A DNA stretch of 64,000 nt. It comes from Uloborus diversus. Its lineage: Eukaryota. This document shows positions 51,911 to 63,560 of the stretch, piece by piece (positions within the stretch are counted from its first letter, which is position 1; the number at the start of each line of letters is the position of its first letter). Position numbers and translations under genes: made by a program. The notes below the pieces were generated by a model. That model saw only the letters and a program-made list of their open reading frames with translations. It was not told the DNA's origin and did no database searches. Where the stretch lies: positions 29,428,384-29,492,383 of the forward strand of contig NC_072740.1 in assembly GCF_026930045.1 (NCBI RefSeq). Reading direction: 5' to 3'.

Positions 51911-52696
51911 AGTTGTGGTAGAATAGGTTATGAAAGCTACAGAACATCTGAACATCACTGCAGACCAGTCGCACACTTGCATAGCGTCTTTCTTCGGATC
52001 TGGAAATGGAAACTTTCAAGAAGACCACAACCCGTATCACGAGACTCGCATTGTGTTGGAGTTAATGATGTGTTCTAGAGCGGGGATCGGGACTAAAACA
52101 AAGTGTGTGTGAGGGAGGGGGAAGGAAAGGAAAAAAATGCAAAATTTTGCTAGGGCTGATTTTGAGAGCAAATGAGTGGTCATAGATGTAAATATCTAGC
52201 AACTAAACTCACGTTTTTATTAAGATTTTGATGAATTTTGTACAGAATAACTTTCCCTGAAGAAACACTTAGACATGAATCAGACTTACATTACTTATCC
52301 CAAAGTATTTTGAGATGTCAGAAACACTTAGTAATAATTTCATTGAACAAGTATGGCTTGTTTAAGTAAAACAATTGATATACTAATATCTAAACAATGA
52401 ATACATAAATTAAAAGGAACTGCTTGTGTTAAATAATGTTTCATCAACGAAATAAAACAAATAATTATGTTCTGAAAATTTTGACATTTCTGCTTTTTTT
52501 TATAATTTTGAGTTTTGGTTTCTAAATTGAATTAAAAAGAAAAGAAAAATGGGGGGGGGGGGTCTCCGCTCCCCCTGAATTGCCGCCACTGATGAGTTAT
52601 ACTTAATGTCCCGGCAACTTAACTCACCAGGTTTTTATCCAGTAGAGCATTCTTGAGCTTTTATAGAGATGCAGCTCAGAGAGCAAACCCCACCAT

Positions 52697-53166
52697 TAGG
52701 GTGGTTCAAAAAAACTTTTTTTCAGCTAGAATCCGGGACACCCCATATATTTTTTAAGACTCACTAATAGTATTATGCTGCAAAAGTTTTATGTTCTTAC
52801 TCAAATTTTAAGAGGATACTCAATGACCCATCAATTCATCATTAGCCATACCATAGAAAATGTCACAAATTTAGAAAAATTTAATTTCCCCAGCTGTTTT
52901 TTTGTAAATAATTATTTTATTGCAATTTATATGCATATTACTTCTGCATATAATAATACGTAGCATTGTTTTTCCAGTTCAAAGTATTTTGTTAACCCCC
53001 TCCCGATAATAATAAAGTTTGGGGAAGGGGTTAAGCACCCTCTTTCAGTTGAAATAGGAAGCTAAAATTCTTCCAGTGTATTACTATCCACAAGTCTAAA
53101 AAAATTGAGGGTTGTCCTTTTATCTAGGATAAACTTTTTTTTTACATGTATTTTTGAACCACTCTA
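52697..53166. mobile_element. 470 bp hAT MITE (TIR TAGGGTGGTTCAAAAA, 8 bp TSD CCCACCAT)
   Basis: The left end reads CCCACCAT|TAGGGTGGTTCAAAAAAAC and the right end reads TTTTTGAACCACTCTA|CCCACCAT. It sits in the C-terminal part of the Tc1 element. Confidence 0.6.
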
Positions 53167-53979
53167 CCCACCATGTTAGAATGCCTCCACTTAGTGTGAC
53201 CTCTGCTTAGACATTTGGTACAAACTATCTGTAGGCATCTGCTAATAAATTGTGGTATCCATGGCAGACAAGTTGCAACTATTTTGAATACAAAATAGTA
53301 TAGCTACACATTACTGAGTAGGTGGTCATAATGTTTTTGGCTCTTCAGTGTACTCTTTATTCATATATTTATTCTAAAATATACTCAAAGTTACCAATCT
53401 TGAATAAAAGTTAATTGTATTTTTAAATGTTACAATCAAGTTAACCCACTGGTTGATTGGAATGAGAACTTAATTTAAAGTGATGGGAGCATTCCCTTTA
53501 TTCTAAATACATTTTCCCAGTGTTTTTTATATAAACTATTACTACAACATGCGTTTGGTTTTATTGATCCCTCTTTTCTCTCATTTCTGCAAAAACTATT
53601 TCAACAGCTCACGATTTTATGTTCCCTAGGGAAGATCTTTTTTTTGTTTTTTGAAAGGAATAATGTATGGTGCAGAATAGGTTAAGGGAGGTAGATCCTG
53701 TGCAATTAATCTTTTGCATGTCTGTGTCAGGATTGCAATGACTTAAGATAATATTAAGTGTTCAAATGTTGTTTACATTTTTTTTTCAAGTAAGTTTCAA
53801 TAAGATACTGCATTTTTTTCTTCTAGGAAAACTAGAATATAAGATTTTTATTTGAATGGGAAGAAAAACTAATTTGTGGTAGAAAAGGGCTAACTAAAAG
53901 GGGAAGCAAAGAGTTGTTTGAGATAATCATTCTCAGTGCATTAATGTTTTATGCACTATTTCACAAGGTTTAGTTTAAG

Positions 53980-54725
53980 GACCATTGAAGGGTTGCCAAC
54001 TGCTCCGAATTTTGCGGAGGTGCTCTATAAAAATAGCAAAACTCCACAGCTCTGTGAAGAAGTTATTTTGCTCCGCATTTCCTGGTCGAGTGCATAAACA
54101 CCCTTTCACCTCCCTTCTGCTGTGATCTTCTATTCAGGATTTTTTCTGACACACAGTCTTTCTAGGATAGAAAAATGTTTGGAACTTCATGCCGTGGGTG
54201 GGTAGGGGAAAAGGCTTAAGAGTGATGGTGCAAGCGTTAGCATTTATGCATATCAAAATCAGTTTGCATCCGCTTCTGTAACACTCGCTCATTTTTGTCT
54301 ACTATACCATCTTCCACTTAAACCTTCACAACCTTTTATAGACCTTTATAGACCTTCCTTAGATTTTACTTTTTGCTGAAGACTTGAATGCTCATCATTG
54401 CCATGTCCCATTTTCGGACCGAGCGTTTTCAAGCGATTGCGATCCGTGCAAGTACTCCTTCACCTCTCTTCTGCTGATATGAGATGATTAATTAAAGATG
54501 CTTTTACTCAATGCGTGACATAGTGTTTACAGTTGTTTTATTTTTTTTATAATTATTTTTATAACTAGTGCTTAAAATGATTATCAAAGCTTAAAAACAA
54601 TTTCAAATAAGTGGTGTTTTTCAATTGACTTTATAAAAAATACAGAGCTGCTCTGCAAAATTTCAAAATGCTCCTCTAAATCACAACAGGTGCTCCTGAA
54701 ATAGTTTCTAAAAGGTTGGCAATCC
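53980..54725. mobile_element. About 745 bp MITE with GGGTTGCCAAC... inverted termini and an internal duplicated block (CACCTC(C/T)CTTCTGCTG)
   Basis: GAAGGGTTGCCAACTGCTCCGAATTTTGCGGAGGTGCTC at 53980 is matched by GGAGCACCTG...TTTCTAAAAGGTTGGCAATCCTGG at about 54690-54725. The bounds are approximate. Confidence 0.4.
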
Positions 54726-54879
54726 TGGGTAAGATGACAAAAAACGCTTTCTGGAATAAGCAGAAATGCTGCTATTTATCAGGATCTATTAATAGTAAAG
54801 ATAGTAAAGCAATAAGTCATCGATCTGAGTGTCTTAATATGTCAGAACTTAAAATTTCTTTAACAGTGCAGCCTTGCAA

Positions 54880-55500
54880 GTAGCAAAACAAGCAGAATGT
54901 TGGATTTAGCAAACTTCATTTGGAGTATGCTGTTCAGTTTTATCCTGAAAAGATATTATTTATTGGAAATTGTTCAGAGGAGGGCTACTAGGTTTGTAAA
55001 TAAGCTCTTTGATTTAGATTATGAAACTAGACTTAAAATGCCAAATCTGAACAGTCATGAGCAAAAGTGAATACGTAGGGACATGATCCAGTCATTTGAA
55101 TGTATTCAAATGGCAGATGCTGACAGAAAAAAACTTCTGTAAAGATGACAGAGCCAACAATCACTGTTCAGAAGGAAGTGGCTCTTAGTAGAGTGAGACT
55201 CCTTAATGGGAAGGAGTCAAACTTTGGCCTTGACTGATTGCAGCCTCGCCTCTATAATTAAGGCTTTGCTCTGAACATTTCCAGCAACTATGCACCCAGG
55301 TTAATTGCTAGCTACTAACCACAGGACGTTTGGACCCACTAACTTTACTAGAACCTACACCCCATGTACAGGATGGGTATTTGACAGTGTCAGGGTCTGA
55401 ACTCAGAACCGCCAGACCCTGAGCCATTCAGAGGTCCAATCAGAACATTCAGAGCTCAACAACCATATTCCCTATCAACTAGGCTGCCTACAGTGGAACT
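54880..55500 (+). mobile_element. 5'-truncated CR1/L2-like LINE fragment (ORF2 C-terminus + 3'UTR), older copy of the family at 60.6 kb
   Basis: The translation NKQNVGFSKLHLEYAVQFYPEKILFIGNCSEEGY..LEIVQRRATRFVNKLFDLDYETRLKMPNLNSHEQK*IRRDMIQSFECIQMADADRKKLL.. matches, collinearly, the intact ORF2 sequence ASNKANKMLGF..PHLEYAVQFWSPYLKKDIFVLERVQRRVTKLVRGLSDLDYDTRLNRLNMYSLEQRRVRGDMIQLLKFI. Stops and frameshifts are present. The 3'UTR shows a stem-loop CAGGGTCTGAACTCAGAACCGCCAGACCCTG. Confidence 0.6.
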
Positions 55501-55984
55501 ACTTATGCAGTTCATTCAATTTTATGCCTCTTATTTCCAAGCTCTCACCATTTTACAAACTGCTTGTTAGTTCTGAAAAAAATTCTATTGGAGCAATGTG
55601 ATTTCTCATTCGTTTTAATTTACTGAAACTAGCAAAAATCTCTTTTTTTACAAATTTGATATAAGGCCAAAGTAGTTCTTTCCTAAGAGTTCCAGCACTA
55701 GAAAATCTCAGGGAAGAAAATAATATCTTTCATTCAAACTGTGACTTCATCTTCTATTACTGTAAACAAATGCATTAGTTCAAAATTGGTCAGCAGACTT
55801 TGATCTTGCAATCTGAATTTTTGGATGACTGTGTTTAGACTTTTTTTTTTTGTTGTTATTTTGCCAAAAACAAATAATAAAATATCTATTAGTGTTGATA
55901 GTATATGTAATATGAGTACTTTACCTAGTGCATAGTTTTCCATAGAGATTTCGATTTCACAAACTCTCATCCTCTGCGAACAAA

Positions 55985-57250
55985 CTTTTCAGATGAGGAT
56001 TTCAATTTGTCCAAAGCTAGAAACATACCAGGTATACGGGTTATCAAGTGCAGATTTGAAAAAAAAAGAAGAAACATGTTAATCTCATAAGATGAATAAA
56101 AAGTTCTTTATTCAAAATATGCATCATTCAGGCAATATGTGAATACCACTCTAATAAAAAAGCTTCTTCTTTTTCTGTGAACCATTTGCCAAGCCATTTT
56201 TTCACATCTCCCTACAAAGTGAAGTGCTGCTCACCAAGTGAATGACCCATCGGTGCAAATAAATGGTAATCGGAAAGAGCAAAGTCTAGTGAGTAAGCCA
56301 CATGGTGTATAACTTCCTGGCTGAGTGCTTCCAACATGTTGCAAACCCATTTTTCCATAGATAATGAAGCACTGAGCATGAAGATAAAAGACTTTGTGTT
56401 GCCACTTTCAGCATTCTGACCTTTTTTCGAGTAGTTAACAGTTCAGATCAGTATCATTGTTGATAACCTTTAAGATTAACTGTTTCTCCAGGTTATAACA
56501 GCTCATAACAGACCATCCCTTTGAGTCTCACCAAACGCAGAGCATTGTCTTTCTGCAAAGTTCACCACATTTGAGATTTTGAAACCATCATTCACACCAC
56601 TTGCAAAGAAACATGCTCATCATTAGCTTCTTGAAGTAATTTCTATGATTTGGCAGCAGTTTTCTTTGATAGAATGCAAAATCATTAATGCTGTCTGACA
56701 ATACTCTTTGTTTGGTATTAACTTTGACATATTGAGTGCAACAGCACAGCACTATGCAGATATTTTTCAATTTATATCTCATGCTCTTCTAACACTTGTT
56801 GATCACACAACAAAATGGCGTAGTGTGAAATGTTTATAGAAAAATTACCTTGGTGCAGCATGTGTTGTCTGAAATTCGCATTTCATATTGTACACCTGGT
56901 AATATCAGACCATTCTTGCTGTTTTCTGTCTTGCTACAACTAATACTAATTCCAGTACTGAAAAAAAAAAGTTATAATCCCAACCATCCCATTAAACATA
57001 GTTTTGATTTAGTGTTACATACTTTGAATTTTATATTTAAGATCAATGGAGTATTGTGCATCTTCATACGTCAAAATATGCATTTAAATGTTTTTATTAT
57101 TTTTAACTATCTTATGCTTAGTTACAAAACTTTCAATGACTATGTTAAGTCTTACTACCTGCTGCTTCCTAACTTTGTATATTTTTAGGTGAATATTTAC
57201 AGTTAATAATTATTTTCCATTGCCTCTCAGTGAAGTATTTAGCTACACTA
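55985..57250 (-). mobile_element. mariner-like element, transposase pseudogene
   Basis: The minus-strand translation ..KVIFMLSASLSMEKWVCNMLEALSQEVIHHVAYSLDFALSDYHLFAPMGHSLGEQHF..DVKKWLGKWFTEKEEAFY*SGIHILPE.. matches the mariner C-terminal blocks (HDNARPH region, PYSPDLAPSDYHLF, E.K.WLD.W.A.K...FF..GI..LPERW). Stops are present. The TIRs are not resolved, so the ends are approximate. Confidence 0.5.
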
Positions 57251-57471
57251 CTGTAAATTATACATGTTATCTCCAAATACAGTGCTAATTACCCAGTGTA
57301 TTTTTGTGATTTTAGCAGAACGTTACCTAAATTAGCCTTCAACATAATAACTTCACATTTCTGTGACTCTCTGTATCAAAAAGAATCTACATCCCTTGTT
57401 TATATTATGATTATGAGTATTATATTAAATGTTAGAAAATTATTTTTCTGTACCAAAGTATATTTGTTTAG

Positions 57472-57589
57472 GTGCTGGCTGTAGAAGCAAAAAAGAAGTG
57501 CTTCACTCTACATCTTCACACTTCTTTTCCTAGTGCTTTACGCAAAGTTTTGAAAAATTCCTTTTCAAAATTTGATGAATATCAACTTG
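57472..57589 (+). CDS. TROVE-domain exon J (VLAVEAKKKCFTLHLHTSFPSALRKVLKNSFSKFDEYQL)
   Basis: It has acceptor tgtttag| and donor cttg|gtatgt. It starts in phase 0, so it joins directly to exon H. The ..KFDEYQL(G/A)KY motif follows ..YQ as in TEP1. The 10.5 kb intron between exons H and J is filled with TEs. Confidence 0.55.
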
Positions 57590-57949
57590 GTATGTGTCTC
57601 ATATTTGTGTGTAATATTATATGATAAATTTGTCATTGCATCAGAAAATAAAACTTCCAAGTGGTAAAATAAATTGCACATCTTAAAAATAATACCACAG
57701 CTAAATATGCTACTCTGCTTGACAATTGCTAAAAAAACAAATATGTTTTTTGGAAAAGTTAAGAATAGACAATGATTAAAGAAACAGAACTAAGTACATA
57801 GTTAGTAGGGATGATGTGCCTTTATTTTAAGTAGAAAATAGTAGAGATATTACTGCATCGATGAAATAAAAACTTAAAAATAAAAGAAAACCTTGCTTTG
57901 ATGGTTTTCAAACAACCACAAAAAATTAATCTAAGTCAGAATATTGGAG

Positions 57950-59250
57950 ACATGAGTACCTTAGTATGATGTGTGATTACTATTGACACTAATGCACATT
58001 TTGCATCTGTTTTTCCATACTTCCCACTAAACTATTGAGGAGTGCTTGGAGGATATTTTCCTACTCCTTTCTCAAGGCGAATTTGAGTTCTTATACTGTT
58101 CTGGGAGGGAGGGTTTTTGTGTAACACATCTGCCAAGAGCATCTCAGGCATGTTCAATTGGATTTAAGTCAGGAGAGTGAGCAGGCCACTGCATATGAAG
58201 AATGTTTTCACTTTTCAGTGTGTCTGATACTTTAATGCTCCTGTGTGATCATGCATTGTCTTCCATAGAGAGAAAGTCTGGACCTACAGCCCCTCTAAAA
58301 AGACGAACATGATACAGTATAACTTCTCTGCAATACCTTTGCAACATAACGCTCCCTTGTTCAAAAATGTGAAGCAGTGTTCTGCCTTTGTGCATGATGC
58401 CTGCCCACACCTCACGCCTGGGCTGTACCAATCACGTTCACTAACAAATTTTTGTGCATAACGTGTTCCACGCTCGCTCTACAGTAGTTGGTGACCAGAA
58501 TTACTTGTCACACTGAAACGAGATTTCTTGGAGAACATCACTCTAGACCAATTTTGACGATCCCAACCAACATGTTTCTTACAACAGCGTAATCTCTCTC
58601 GACCAGGGCTTGGTTGAAGTGGGTTACAATGTACGGCTTCCATGCATACAAACCAAAATTGTTTAATTGCTGTGAGATGGTTCTTACAGAAACATGCATA
58701 CCGGTAGCGGTAACAAGATTTTCAACTATCTGTCCTGGAGTGAAATTTCTCTTCATTTTTGCCACAAGGGCTACATAACCATCCTCTGAAGGTGTGGTGT
58801 TCCTACCATGACCCCTGGCATGCTTTCGCGAAGCGATTTCCTCCTCAGCGGCCTTCTTTAATCGCAAGATGACACTTTCTGATACACCCATTGAAGCGGC
58901 TAAAGAGCTGGAAGCTTTGATCAGCTTCCAGCTGTCCAACTGTTCGTCCACGATCCTAGGTATTCAAATGATGTCTTGCGGACATTTTACTCTTAAATAT
59001 TTCCAGAACCAAACAGAATTTCAGAGAAAAGACTATTTCAACATCCAGCACTATTTTTGTTAAGCACCAAACAGCATGAATTTTCGTACCAATCTTGAAC
59101 TTGTATGCACTGTCTTTTATACAGATAACGAGTCTTGATCTACGACACCATCTGAACTTGAATTTATTTCCATTGGCCAGCTGTCTGAGGCACAAATTTG
59201 TATAAATCACTTGTTACTTAGCAATTGTCAAGCAGTGTATTTTTAATAAT
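57950..59250 (-). mobile_element. Tc1-like element, transposase pseudogene
   Basis: The transposase is read in three pieces on the minus strand. (1) ORF 58538-58951 is an N-terminal HTH/paired-like region (..GRNTTPSEDGYVALVAKMKRNFTPGQIVENL..VSVRTISQQLNNFGLYAWKP..). (2) A frameshifted continuation follows: W..VMFSKKSRFSVTSNSG.. then ..WAGIMHKGRTLLHIFEQGSVMLQRYCREVILYHVRLFRGAVGPDFLSMEDNA (the DDE core). (3) Finally comes ..MQWPAHSPDLNPIEHA*DAL.. The TIRs are not resolved. Confidence 0.6.
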
Positions 59251-60651
59251 GAAACATAATAATGTAAATGCAGCTTCAACATTTTTTGTGTTTTACTGAA
59301 CTATTTTCACAATTATCACTCTTGCATTTTACTCATTTACACAATATCACTCTTGCATTATTAAAGAAAATTTTCAATAGGGTACGTTGCCATGTATTGT
59401 AAAGGATAAGGAATACATATACTATTTCAGTCCTTCCAGTTCTTTTCAGTCCATTAAACTTTTTTCTTCTCTTTCATACATATGGTTTATAATGTATCAC
59501 TGAAAAAGGAACTTTTACGTTACTAATTCAAATTGTTATCAATTTATTTTCAAATGTCATTCATCATTTTTATGTGTCATACATATACAGGGTGGCGACA
59601 GATCAGGAAAATCAGGGAGATCAGGGAAAAGTCAGGGAACTTTATTAATCAGGGAAAAGTCAGGGAAATATCAGGGAGTTTTGAAAAAATAACAAAAAAT
59701 CAGGGAAAATTTATTTTATGAAGAAATTTTTTTTTTTTTTGCTTTACAAAATTAAGTACTCTAATTCCCTGCGCATTTTCCGCCAATCTGTTCAAAAAAA
59801 AAAGGTAAAATTAATGAGGTGCGATTATACACTGCCGCATATTTGTGCATCTTTTTTCCTCAACGTCAAAGTATTGAATCTTACTTATTAAACCACAGGA
59901 TGAACTTCCTAAGATTGCTTCTGTGTCTGTTAGGTTGTTTATTTTAGAAAGCTTGAAATTTCCTATTACGCTTTCATTGCTACGTAAAATAAACAACCAT
60001 ACAGGCAAAGAGGAAGCCTTCATTAACGCCTTAGCTCCTTTGCCTTTATTCCATTGTCTCAAAGTAATTAGCGTACTGTAATCACGATTTCAAGAAGAAT
60101 CTTTGGTTCTTGAATTAATATTATAAAAGCGTAAAAGCTATTACTTCTTCGCGTTTTTAATTTAATTGCTAAAATTGAACTTTCAATTAAAAAAACTTGT
60201 GTTTTTTTTTTGCCGTTATACTATTTGTTGTTGCCGCAGATTATAAAGGTTTTCTTTTCTTCAGACTTAAGTGATTCTTTAATTTTATAACCAAGTTGTA
60301 TTCTTTTATATATTTTGGAATTAACTAATTTTTTTTTCTTTTTTTTTTCTTGCATTTCAAAGTTTTTTTTTACAAAAGCAATCTAAGATTTTTTTTCGTT
60401 ACATACTGAAATCATTTGAAATAGAGTTAACTTGTGTACTTAAGTAAAAATCTTTATTTTTTTTATTGTTAAAATGCTGTATTCATTCATTAAAACCTAT
60501 GTTCTTGATTAGAGAAAAGCTCCCTATGAATGGATGTCAAATGGTTTCATCTGTTTTGCATAAATATGTCAATTAGTTATACAAATACAAATATACAAAT
60601 ACAAATGTGACGACCAGCAACAGGCTCTGGGCCCAGCTAGGCTGGTCCTAG

Positions 60652-63507
60652 TCAATTAATTAGTCCCCAATGAAGATCAATGGCCCTCTTAAAGCTATCC
60701 ACTCCCTTGCTCATTACCGCCTCTTCCGGTAAGCTATTCCAAGTGCCCACGACCCTGCTAAAGTAGTAGTTTTTCCTGATTTCCAAGTTAGCCTGAGATT
60801 TAAATAGCTTAAAACAATGACCCCTTGTCCTGCTTTCCCCACAAAAATTTAATCCATTTACATCTTTCATTTTGATAAATTTAAGTAACTGAATCATGTC
60901 CCCTCTGACTCTCCTTTGCTCCAGGCTGTACATGTTAAGCCTATTCAGTCTGGTATCATAATCTAAATCTGAGAGTCCCCTTACTAATTTAGTTACCCTT
61001 CTTTGAACCCTTTCCAATACAAAAATATCTTTCTTCAGATAAGGCGACCAAAACTGAACAGCATACTCCAAATGAGGTCTTACTAAACTCCTATATAAAG
61101 GCAGAAGAACTTTCTTAGATTTGTTTGAAATAGATCTATTGATGAACCCAAGCATTTTGTTGGCTTTGTTACTAGCAATACTGCACTGTTGACTAAACTT
61201 GAAGTCCTGACTTATAAAGACACCCAGATCCATAACATTTTCTGCCTGATTTATGACTGAACCCTGTAAACGATATCTCATACGCTTATTTCCATGACCT
61301 AAGTGTAGCACTTGACATTTCCCTACATTAACTGCCATACCCCATTTATCTGCCCACTTAGTAATATGATCTAAATCCTCTTGCAGCTGTTTTACTTGTT
61401 CTTCATTTTCGACAATCCCCATAACTTTTACATCGTCAGCAAAACAATTCATGCTTCCAGAAATATTTTCATTGATGTCATTCATAAATATAATAAACAA
61501 AAGAGGCCCTAAAACTGATCCCTGAGGAACCCCACTTAAAACATCACTCCAATTAGAATGATTTCCTCTCACAACTACTCTTTGCTTCCTACCAGTAAGC
61601 CAATTTCTAACCCAAAGTAAAGTTTTTCCTCCTATTCCAATGTCAGCTAACTTGCTGAGAAGAGCAACATGCGGTACCTTGTCAAAAGCTTTTTGAAAAT
61701 CAATATAAACAACATCCACACATTTTTTGTTATCTAAAGCTGAGGTAACCTTGTCGTAGAAATGCAATAAATTAGTAGTACAGGATTTACCTTTCCTGAA
61801 ACCATACTGCAAACTAGTCAACAGACTATTAGTCTCTAAGAACATCATGATCTTAATTTTGATCAAAGTTTCGAAAATCTTACAAATCACCGAAGTCAAA
61901 CTTACAGGTCTATAATTCCCAGCAATACCTTTAGACCCCTTCTTGAAGAGTGGCGTTATGTTAGCCAGCTTCCAGTCCTCTGGCACCATCCCCGAGTTAT
62001 AAGAAGCATTGAAAATATTCAAAATAACATCCACTAATTCCTCTGCACATTCAACTAAAATTTTTGGATAAATATTATCTGGTCCCGGAGCTTTAGTTGC
62101 TTTAATCTTTTTCAAATGAAATAAAACCTCCTCCCTGGAAAATACCAAATCCTCAAGCTGTATAATAGCTTGTGTCTTGTTAGTGTCAACTGTTGAGATA
62201 CAGTTATCGTTAAACACACTGGAAAAAAAGTTATTTAGAACATTTGCAATATCCCTATCGTTTTGGATTAAATTTCCATACTCATCAACCAAAGGCCCAA
62301 TTTGACTGTTTCGAGCTTTCCCGGAATTAGCGTAAGCAAAAAACCTCTTAGGGTTCCCATCAATGTCATCTGCCAGCCTTTGCTCCAATTCCCTTTTCTG
62401 AATCCGTACCAAATACTTAAAATTTCGCCTTGCCTTACCATACTGGAGCCTCTCCGCACTCTGACCAGTTTCTTTAAACTTACGAAAAGTGGCTTGCTTA
62501 TAATTAAGAGCTTCTTTAGTCTCCCTGGAGAACCACATGGGCCAAATTTTGGTACTAACACCTTTTCTCCTAAATGGAACATAGTCCCCAACGGTTTTAG
62601 CAAGTTTATCCTTAAATTCCATCCACTGCTGATCTACTTCGCTACTTTCCAACCCTGATGAAAAAACCTCTTTCAAGCTCTGCCTAAGTGCAACAAAATC
62701 AGTGTTTCTGAAATTGGGCACAAACCTAAAATTATCATCTTTGCACACTTCAAATTTAACCCGGAACCTAATGCTGTTATGATCACTATCTCCAATATGC
62801 TCCCCTACACTCAACCCCTGAACAAAACTACCTATGTCACAAAAAACTAGATCCAAAATCGCCTCCTCTCGAGTTCCCTGAGTTACAACTTGATCTAAGA
62901 AACAGTCACCAATTACTTTTAAAAATTCCTCTTCTTTGCCATTACCAGGGTAAAAATTATTCCAATCAATACCCGGAAAATTGAAATCCCCCATTATGAT
63001 AACGGATCCCTTACTGGACATGTCACTAATAATACGGTACATCTGTTCATCTTGTCCGTGGTTTGAATTAGGTGGCCTATAAATGTTTCCAAAGCGTAGC
63101 TTTTTGTCCTTACTGCTGATCAACTCCAGCCAAACCATATCAATATCAGTAGGCTTATCATTTATGACCAATTCATTGCAAATAAAATTGTCTCTAACAT
63201 AAAATAAAATCCCACCACCTCTTTTACCTACTCTATCCTGTCTGAACAAATTATACCCAGCAATATGTAATAACTCTGCATCAGATTCGGTAGCCCATGT
63301 CTCTGTAATTCCAATAACATCCAACTTCTCATCCATAACTATGCTTTTCAATTCATCCATCTTGTTCCTAATACTGCGAGCATTGGTATAGAAAACTTTA
63401 AGCATGCCTAAGTTGCTTTTATTTAACACCCTGAAATTTCCTAAATTACAATTGTTAACATTACTACTCTTGTTCGTCACTTTATTTCCATTTCTAGCAA
63501 TACCCAA
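60652..63507 (-). CDS. LINE ORF2: apurinic-like endonuclease + reverse transcriptase + CR1-type C-terminal domain (951 aa, uninterrupted)
   Basis: The EEP endonuclease motifs are ITETW..GYNLFRQDR..GGGILFYVRD..IIMGDFNFP. The RT motifs are YRPVSLTSVICKIFE..QYGFRKGKSCTTNL..YIDFQKAFDKVPH..SGVPQGSVLGPLLF..FADDVKVMG. The CR1-clade C-terminal signature is CGESRTRGHCFKLFK..RKNYYFSRVVGTWNSLP. There are no internal stops. Confidence 0.85.
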   Translation of the reverse strand: MGIARNGNKVTNKSSNVNNCNLGNFRVLNKSNLGMLKVFYTNARSIRNKMDELKSIVMDEKLDVIGITETWATESDAELLHIAGYNLFRQDRVGKRGGGILFYVRDNFICNELVINDKPTDIDMVWLELISSKDKKLRFGNIYRPPNSNHGQDEQMYRIISDMSSKGSVIIMGDFNFPGIDWNNFYPGNGKEEEFLKVIGDCFLDQVVTQGTREEAILDLVFCDIGSFVQGLSVGEHIGDSDHNSIRFRVKFEVCKDDNFRFVPNFRNTDFVALRQSLKEVFSSGLESSEVDQQWMEFKDKLAKTVGDYVPFRRKGVSTKIWPMWFSRETKEALNYKQATFRKFKETGQSAERLQYGKARRNFKYLVRIQKRELEQRLADDIDGNPKRFFAYANSGKARNSQIGPLVDEYGNLIQNDRDIANVLNNFFSSVFNDNCISTVDTNKTQAIIQLEDLVFSREEVLFHLKKIKATKAPGPDNIYPKILVECAEELVDVILNIFNASYNSGMVPEDWKLANITPLFKKGSKGIAGNYRPVSLTSVICKIFETLIKIKIMMFLETNSLLTSLQYGFRKGKSCTTNLLHFYDKVTSALDNKKCVDVVYIDFQKAFDKVPHVALLSKLADIGIGGKTLLWVRNWLTGRKQRVVVRGNHSNWSDVLSGVPQGSVLGPLLFIIFMNDINENISGSMNCFADDVKVMGIVENEEQVKQLQEDLDHITKWADKWGMAVNVGKCQVLHLGHGNKRMRYRLQGSVINQAENVMDLGVFISQDFKFSQQCSIASNKANKMLGFINRSISNKSKKVLLPLYRSLVRPHLEYAVQFWSPYLKKDIFVLERVQRRVTKLVRGLSDLDYDTRLNRLNMYSLEQRRVRGDMIQLLKFIKMKDVNGLNFCGESRTRGHCFKLFKSQANLEIRKNYYFSRVVGTWNSLPEEAVMSKGVDSFKRAIDLHWGLIN

Positions 63508-63560
63508 AAAAATTTCATTCTCTCGATACCTGATGCTTGAACCATGCCCCCCATTCCAAC

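Larger units (their letters stand above)
46986..53350 (+). mobile_element. Tc1-like element (TA-flanked, 30 bp TIR CACTGATGAACCAAAACATTATGACCAC) with three nested hAT insertions
   Basis: The left TIR at 46986 matches the right one at 53321-53350 read as reverse complement (CACTGAAGAGCCAAAAACATTATGACCAC). TA flanks both ends. Transposase pieces are spread across the host segments. (1) 47290-47448 encodes GRPCVIKEKRHQTLFRLV..VHVFRHTQFSRNCWQYG. (2) 50275-50550 encodes ..KLLDQIYGKSLFIISLVMSGYAIFSASS*SLHLQRVIHRGGGNIMLW.. (3) 51911-52110 encodes ..GNGNFQEDHNPYHETRIVLEL.. (4) 52600-52690 encodes ..VPATNSPGFYPVEHS.. These match the Tc1 DDE-transposase blocks W..V.FSDES.F, HGGGS.M.WG, F.QDN.P.H and WP..SPDLNPIE. 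Confidence 0.65.

Noticed and set aside
62268-62658. Two 111-118 aa ORFs overlapping LINE ORF2 on other frames or the opposite strand
   Set aside because: They are fully contained within the well-supported 951-aa ORF2 and have no independent signal. They are chance open frames.
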